From NCBI GenBank assembly GCA_030538375.1, contig JAUNUB010000001.1, positions 1 to 60,182 of the forward strand: DNA of 60,182 nt. The letters run 5' to 3'. Shown here piece by piece: positions 56,532-60,182 of this stretch. The translations under genes and the position numbers were made by a program. Under the pieces are notes generated by a model that was given only the letters and a program-made list of their open reading frames with translations, ran no database searches and was not told the DNA's origin. Source of the stretch: Moraxella sp. GTDB taxonomy: Bacteria > Pseudomonadota > Gammaproteobacteria > Pseudomonadales > Moraxellaceae. Within the stretch, counting starts at the first letter, position 1. Each line of letters opens with the position of its first letter.

Positions 56532-57110
56532 ATGAAAACCATCATCTTGCACGGCATACTTGCCAAACGCTTTGGACGATATTTTAAACTTGATGTCAAG
56601 ACCGCCAAAGAAGCCACGCACGCCATTGCTTGCCAAATCCCAGCCTTTAAGCGGTTTATGTTGGATAGTGAACGCATGGGGTTAAAATTTGCGGTATTTG
56701 TCGGCAAAAAACGCACTCAAGCCACCAACATCAGCGAGCGTGAGCTAGACCACATCACGACAACCAACACGATACACATCATGCCACGTCTAATTGGTAG
56801 CGGTGGTAAAGTGATGGGCTGGCTACAGGTCATCGCAGGGGTGGCGATGGTGGCGGTTGGGGCGTTTACGGTTAATCCTGCCCTTATCGCTGCTGGTGTT
56901 GGCATGGCACTGGGCGGTGTGGCAAGTCTACTTATGCCCACGCCAAACACCGACTACAACCAAGCCGAAGACGGCAACCGCCCCAGCAAGGGCTTTGGCG
57001 GTGCGGTTACGACCACAGAGCAAGGCAACCCTGTGCCAGTGCTGTACGGTGAGCGACTGGTGGGTGGATTTTTTGCCAGTGGGGGGATGTATGTTGAAGA
57101 TACGGTGTGA
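56532..57110 (+). CDS. Tail assembly protein I
   Basis: L.G.L..RFG, P...GSG, QGNPVPVLYG. Confidence 0.9.
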   Translation: MKTIILHGILAKRFGRYFKLDVKTAKEATHAIACQIPAFKRFMLDSERMGLKFAVFVGKKRTQATNISERELDHITTTNTIHIMPRLIGSGGKVMGWLQVIAGVAMVAVGAFTVNPALIAAGVGMALGGVASLLMPTPNTDYNQAEDGNRPSKGFGGAVTTTEQGNPVPVLYGERLVGGFFASGGMYVEDTV

Positions 57111-57113
57111 TAG

Positions 57114-57386
57114 CTAGGCAAATGCTACATGCACCTGCATATCTAAATTAGCACTAATATTTACCAACGCATCAAGGCTGAATTTGCTGATTTTGCCTTG
57201 CAGCAAGTCATTAAGACGTGGCTGGGTAATGCCACATTGCTTGGCAATAGCGGCTTGTGTGCCATGTATGTCTTTGATGGTGCTTTGGATATGCTGCATA
57301 ATCTCGCTACGCATTTTGAGATTGGCGGCTTGGTTTGGGGTGTCGCTAATTGCGTCAAACACATTATTAAAAGTTTGTAGTTGCAT
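57114..57386 (-). CDS. XRE-HTH antitoxin (HigA-like)
   Basis: TQ..IA..CGITQPRLNDLL.GKI.KFSLDAL. Confidence 0.85.
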   Translation of the reverse strand: MQLQTFNNVFDAISDTPNQAANLKMRSEIMQHIQSTIKDIHGTQAAIAKQCGITQPRLNDLLQGKISKFSLDALVNISANLDMQVHVAFA

Positions 57387-57388
57387 GA

Positions 57389-57721
57389 TTACTCCTTAGC
57401 AAGATGGGCGATAAGTTGTTTTAGGCGGTCTTTGGCAAGCATAATATCGGCACGAGCGGTCTTTTGGGTCTTCTTGGTGAATGCGTGCAAGATATAGACA
57501 TTGTCTGCGAATTTGGCGGTGTAGATGACACGATAAATACCATGTTCGTCCTTGGTGCGTATTTCTACCACACCAGTGCCGATACTTGGCATGTGTTTAA
57601 AATCATCAGGCATTTGCCCATGTTGCACCTTATCCAGTTGATAGCCCACATCTTGCTTGGCAGGGTCTGGAAATTCTCGAATATTATCCAAACTATCGCC
57701 CAAAAACACCGCATTTTTCAT
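57389..57721 (-). CDS. RelE/HigB (gp49-like) toxin
   Basis: GYQL..VQ.G..P.D.K.M..IG.GV.EIR, YRVIY, LHAF.KKTQKT. Confidence 0.88.
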   Translation of the reverse strand: MKNAVFLGDSLDNIREFPDPAKQDVGYQLDKVQHGQMPDDFKHMPSIGTGVVEIRTKDEHGIYRVIYTAKFADNVYILHAFTKKTQKTARADIMLAKDRLKQLIAHLAKE

Positions 57722-57805
57722 CAGTCAATCTCATGTTATTTGTTGTAATTATATCAATATAGATATAAAAATACAACCAACTATAAGGATAAGTAAGGTT
57801 TTTTT

Positions 57806-60182
57806 ATGACACATTCCACGACAGTTTTTGGCAACAAAAAAGGACAACAAGCCCCACGTCAAGCGGTCATTGCCAAAGACAGTGCTGCGTCCATCAGTCA
57901 TTTAAAAGTCTTGTATGGCTTAGGCGAAGGCGAAATATTAGGGCTGGTCGATGGGGCAAAGTCCATCTATCTTGATGATACGCCTGTATTGAACGACAAC
58001 GGACAACCCAACTTCACCGATGGGGCAGGCGGCAATGGCGTTAAGTGGGAGTTTCGCACTGGCACGAACGAGCAGGACTACATCAAGGGCTTGCCAGCGG
58101 TGGAGAGCGAGACGAATATCAACCTTGAGCTTAAACAAGCCACGCCCTTTGTGCGAGCCATTAACAACAGTGAGCTGTCGGCGGTGCGTGTGCGTATGCG
58201 ATTTGGGGCGTTGTCCAGCACCAATGCCAACAATGGCGACGTGTCAGGCACGCAACTTGAGTATCACATCGATGTGCAGACCGATGGCGGTGCATGGCAA
58301 ACCATGGTACGCCAAACCATCAATGACAAGACATCAGCAGGCTATGAAAAGTCGCACCGCATTGACTTACCACGTGGCAAAAAATGGACGCTGCGAGTCC
58401 GCCGATTGACCGCTGACAGCACAAGCAACCTACTACAAAATAAAACCTACATCGCCGCCATCACCGAAGTCATCGATGTAAAGCTACGTTATCCTAATAC
58501 CGCCATGCTGTTTTTGCAGTACAATGCCGCCACTTTTAGCAGTATTGCCAAATTAGCCGTACATATGCGTGGGCGTATTATCCGTGTGCCAAGCAATTAT
58601 AATGCGACCACTCGCACTTATAACGGCTTGTGGGACGGTACATTTGTCCAAAGCTACAGCAACAACCCTGCATGGGTATACTATGACATCTTGACCCACC
58701 CACGTTTTGGATTGGGGCGACGTATCAGTGATGAGATGGTGGACAAATGGAGCTTGTACACGCTGGGGCAATATTGCGATGAAATGGTGGACGATGGCAA
58801 GGGCGGCACTGAACCACGCTTTGCCGTGAACGTTTATCTACAAGCCCAGTCCGATGCCTACAGTGTGCTACAGCAGCTTGCCAGTATCTTTCGTGCGATT
58901 AGCTTTTGGGACGGTGATAACATTGTCCTTGATGCTGATGTGCCAAAAGACGCAGTGTATGCCTTTAGCAATGCCAATGTGATTGATGGGGATTTTGTCT
59001 ACACAGGCACAGCCGCCCGCGACCGTGCCACCGTTGCCAAAGTGGCGTGGGACAATCCTGCCAATGGCTACAAGACCGAATACGAGTTTGTGCGTGATGA
59101 CCGTGCCATTAGCCGCCATGGACAAAAAGTGGTGGAGATTAACCTAATGGGCTGTACATCACAAGCCCAAGCAGTGCGAGCAGGACGCTGGGCGTTAAAG
59201 AGCGAGCAGCTAGAGACTACCACGGTTGCCTTTAAGACTGGATTGGACGGCTACATACCGCAAGTGGGCAACGTCATCACCGTGGCGGACATGGCACGAG
59301 CGGGGCGTATGCTTGGCGGACGTGTGCTGGCGGTGCAGGACAAGACCATCACTCTTGATAGAGCCATCACCGCCACGGTAGGCGATAGCTTGCTGGTCAA
59401 TGGTGATGATGGCATGATGATAAGCCTTGTCATCGCTGCTATGGACAGCTCAAACACCGTGCTACACTTTGGCAAAGTGGTAACAAATATCAGCACGGAT
59501 AATGCGTGGGCGGTAGCGACCAGCGAGCTAGTGCCACAGCTGTACCGTGTCATGAGTATCAAGCAAGACGACGACAACACCTTTGCCATCACCGCCTTGG
59601 CATATGCCCCTGCCAAGTTTGACGCTATCGACCACAACGCCCACATCACGCCCACACCAATCAGTGTAATACGCACCCAAAGTATCGACAGCCCTACCGC
59701 CATCAATATCAGCAGTCGCACTCGCACCCTGCAAGGGCAAGCCATCACCACGCTTGTCATCGATTGGACACAAGTAACAGGGGCGACAAGCTATGAGCTA
59801 AGCTGGCAAAAGGACAATGGGGCGTGGATTAAGCTGCCAACATCACTCACCAACAGCACAGAAATAGACGGTGTGTATAGCGGCGTGTATCGTGTGCGTG
59901 TGGTGGCAGTGGGGGCGTTTGATATTAAATCCATTCCAGCGACCAGCGAACCACAATCCATCACAGGCAAAATCGGCAAACCCACCAAACTTGCCAAATT
60001 AACCGTGCAAGGCGTACTCTTTGGCATGGTATTGGCTTGGCAATTTGGGGCGAAATCAGACGACACCAATTTTACCGAAATCCAAGTGTCCCCAGATGGA
60101 CGAGCCAACATCAGCACCCTTGGCACGTTTGCCTACCCCACCAACAAGCACGAGATTACAGGCTTACAGGGCAATCTCACCC
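57806..60182 (+). CDS. Host-specificity/central tail fibre protein J (runs off the window)
   Basis: GEGEI.GL...KSIYLD.TP, LRYP.TA, YS.NPAW..YD, EPRF; missing from the ORF track because no stop is reached. Confidence 0.9.
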   Translation, partial: MTHSTTVFGNKKGQQAPRQAVIAKDSAASISHLKVLYGLGEGEILGLVDGAKSIYLDDTPVLNDNGQPNFTDGAGGNGVKWEFRTGTNEQDYIKGLPAVESETNINLELKQATPFVRAINNSELSAVRVRMRFGALSSTNANNGDVSGTQLEYHIDVQTDGGAWQTMVRQTINDKTSAGYEKSHRIDLPRGKKWTLRVRRLTADSTSNLLQNKTYIAAITEVIDVKLRYPNTAMLFLQYNAATFSSIAKLAVHMRGRIIRVPSNYNATTRTYNGLWDGTFVQSYSNNPAWVYYDILTHPRFGLGRRISDEMVDKWSLYTLGQYCDEMVDDGKGGTEPRFAVNVYLQAQSDAYSVLQQLASIFRAISFWDGDNIVLDADVPKDAVYAFSNANVIDGDFVYTGTAARDRATVAKVAWDNPANGYKTEYEFVRDDRAISRHGQKVVEINLMGCTSQAQAVRAGRWALKSEQLETTTVAFKTGLDGYIPQVGNVITVADMARAGRMLGGRVLAVQDKTITLDRAITATVGDSLLVNGDDGMMISLVIAAMDSSNTVLHFGKVVTNISTDNAWAVATSELVPQLYRVMSIKQDDDNTFAITALAYAPAKFDAIDHNAHITPTPISVIRTQSIDSPTAINISSRTRTLQGQAITTLVIDWTQVTGATSYELSWQKDNGAWIKLPTSLTNSTEIDGVYSGVYRVRVVAVGAFDIKSIPATSEPQSITGKIGKPTKLAKLTVQGVLFGMVLAWQFGAKSDDTNFTEIQVSPDGRANISTLGTFAYPTNKHEITGLQGNLT

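Larger units (their letters stand above)
14667..60182 (+). mobile_element. Decayed lambdoid (siphovirus) prophage adjoining the dusA 5' end; only tail genes visible; interrupted by a Mu-like prophage; right end outside the window
   Basis: Lambda-like order: chaperone G/T, TMP, M, L, K, I, J; no head, tube or intact integrase genes between dusA and the chaperone. Confidence 0.75.

Noticed and set aside
57938-60126. Short ORFs listed in the track over this region
   Set aside because: Shadows of the long gpJ frame starting at 57806; the same applies to most antisense ORFs over other genes
1-60182. CRISPR array, tRNA or rRNA genes
   Set aside because: No repeat-spacer periodicity or cloverleaf recognised; the regular repeats at 6330-6965 are coding Sel1 units
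14933-60182. Functional F-type tailocin from the outer tail genes
   Set aside because: No tube gene visible, chaperone truncated and tape measure interrupted

Overview
Moraxella-like gammaproteobacterial chromosome segment (taxon inferred from gene content and sequence style). 1-14666 is host DNA: pirin 3' end, assimilatory sulfate reduction cluster (sat, sulfite reductase, DUF934, cysH, cysG), Sel1-repeat protein, a malolactic-type malic enzyme/permease pair, LysR, LysE, pilZ, tatD and dusA. A decayed lambdoid prophage begins just upstream of dusA. Only its tail genes are visible (chaperone, tape measure, M, L, K, I, J), interspersed with HicAB, a RelE/HTH toxin-antitoxin pair and small hydrophobic peptides. 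Its tape measure gene is split by a 33,259-bp BcepMu/B3-type transposable myovirus prophage (15814-49072) with a 6-bp target duplication (GCAAGC); removing it restores the reading frame. Strongest novel candidates, all inside the Mu-like phage: (1) a 16-residue Gly/Asn motif shared by the repressor C-terminus and the N-terminus of the overlapping Zn-ribbon membrane protein, resembling amyloid/homotypic signalling pairs; (2) a Com-led ABC-ATPase-GNAT plus formyltransferase cassette in the mom position (candidate DNA modification system); (3) a promoter-driven structured antisense RNA next to a MuF protein with a PBECR-like tail; (4) a hammerhead-ribozyme fold with a non-canonical catalytic core. 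All family assignments come from motif recognition and synteny, not database searches.
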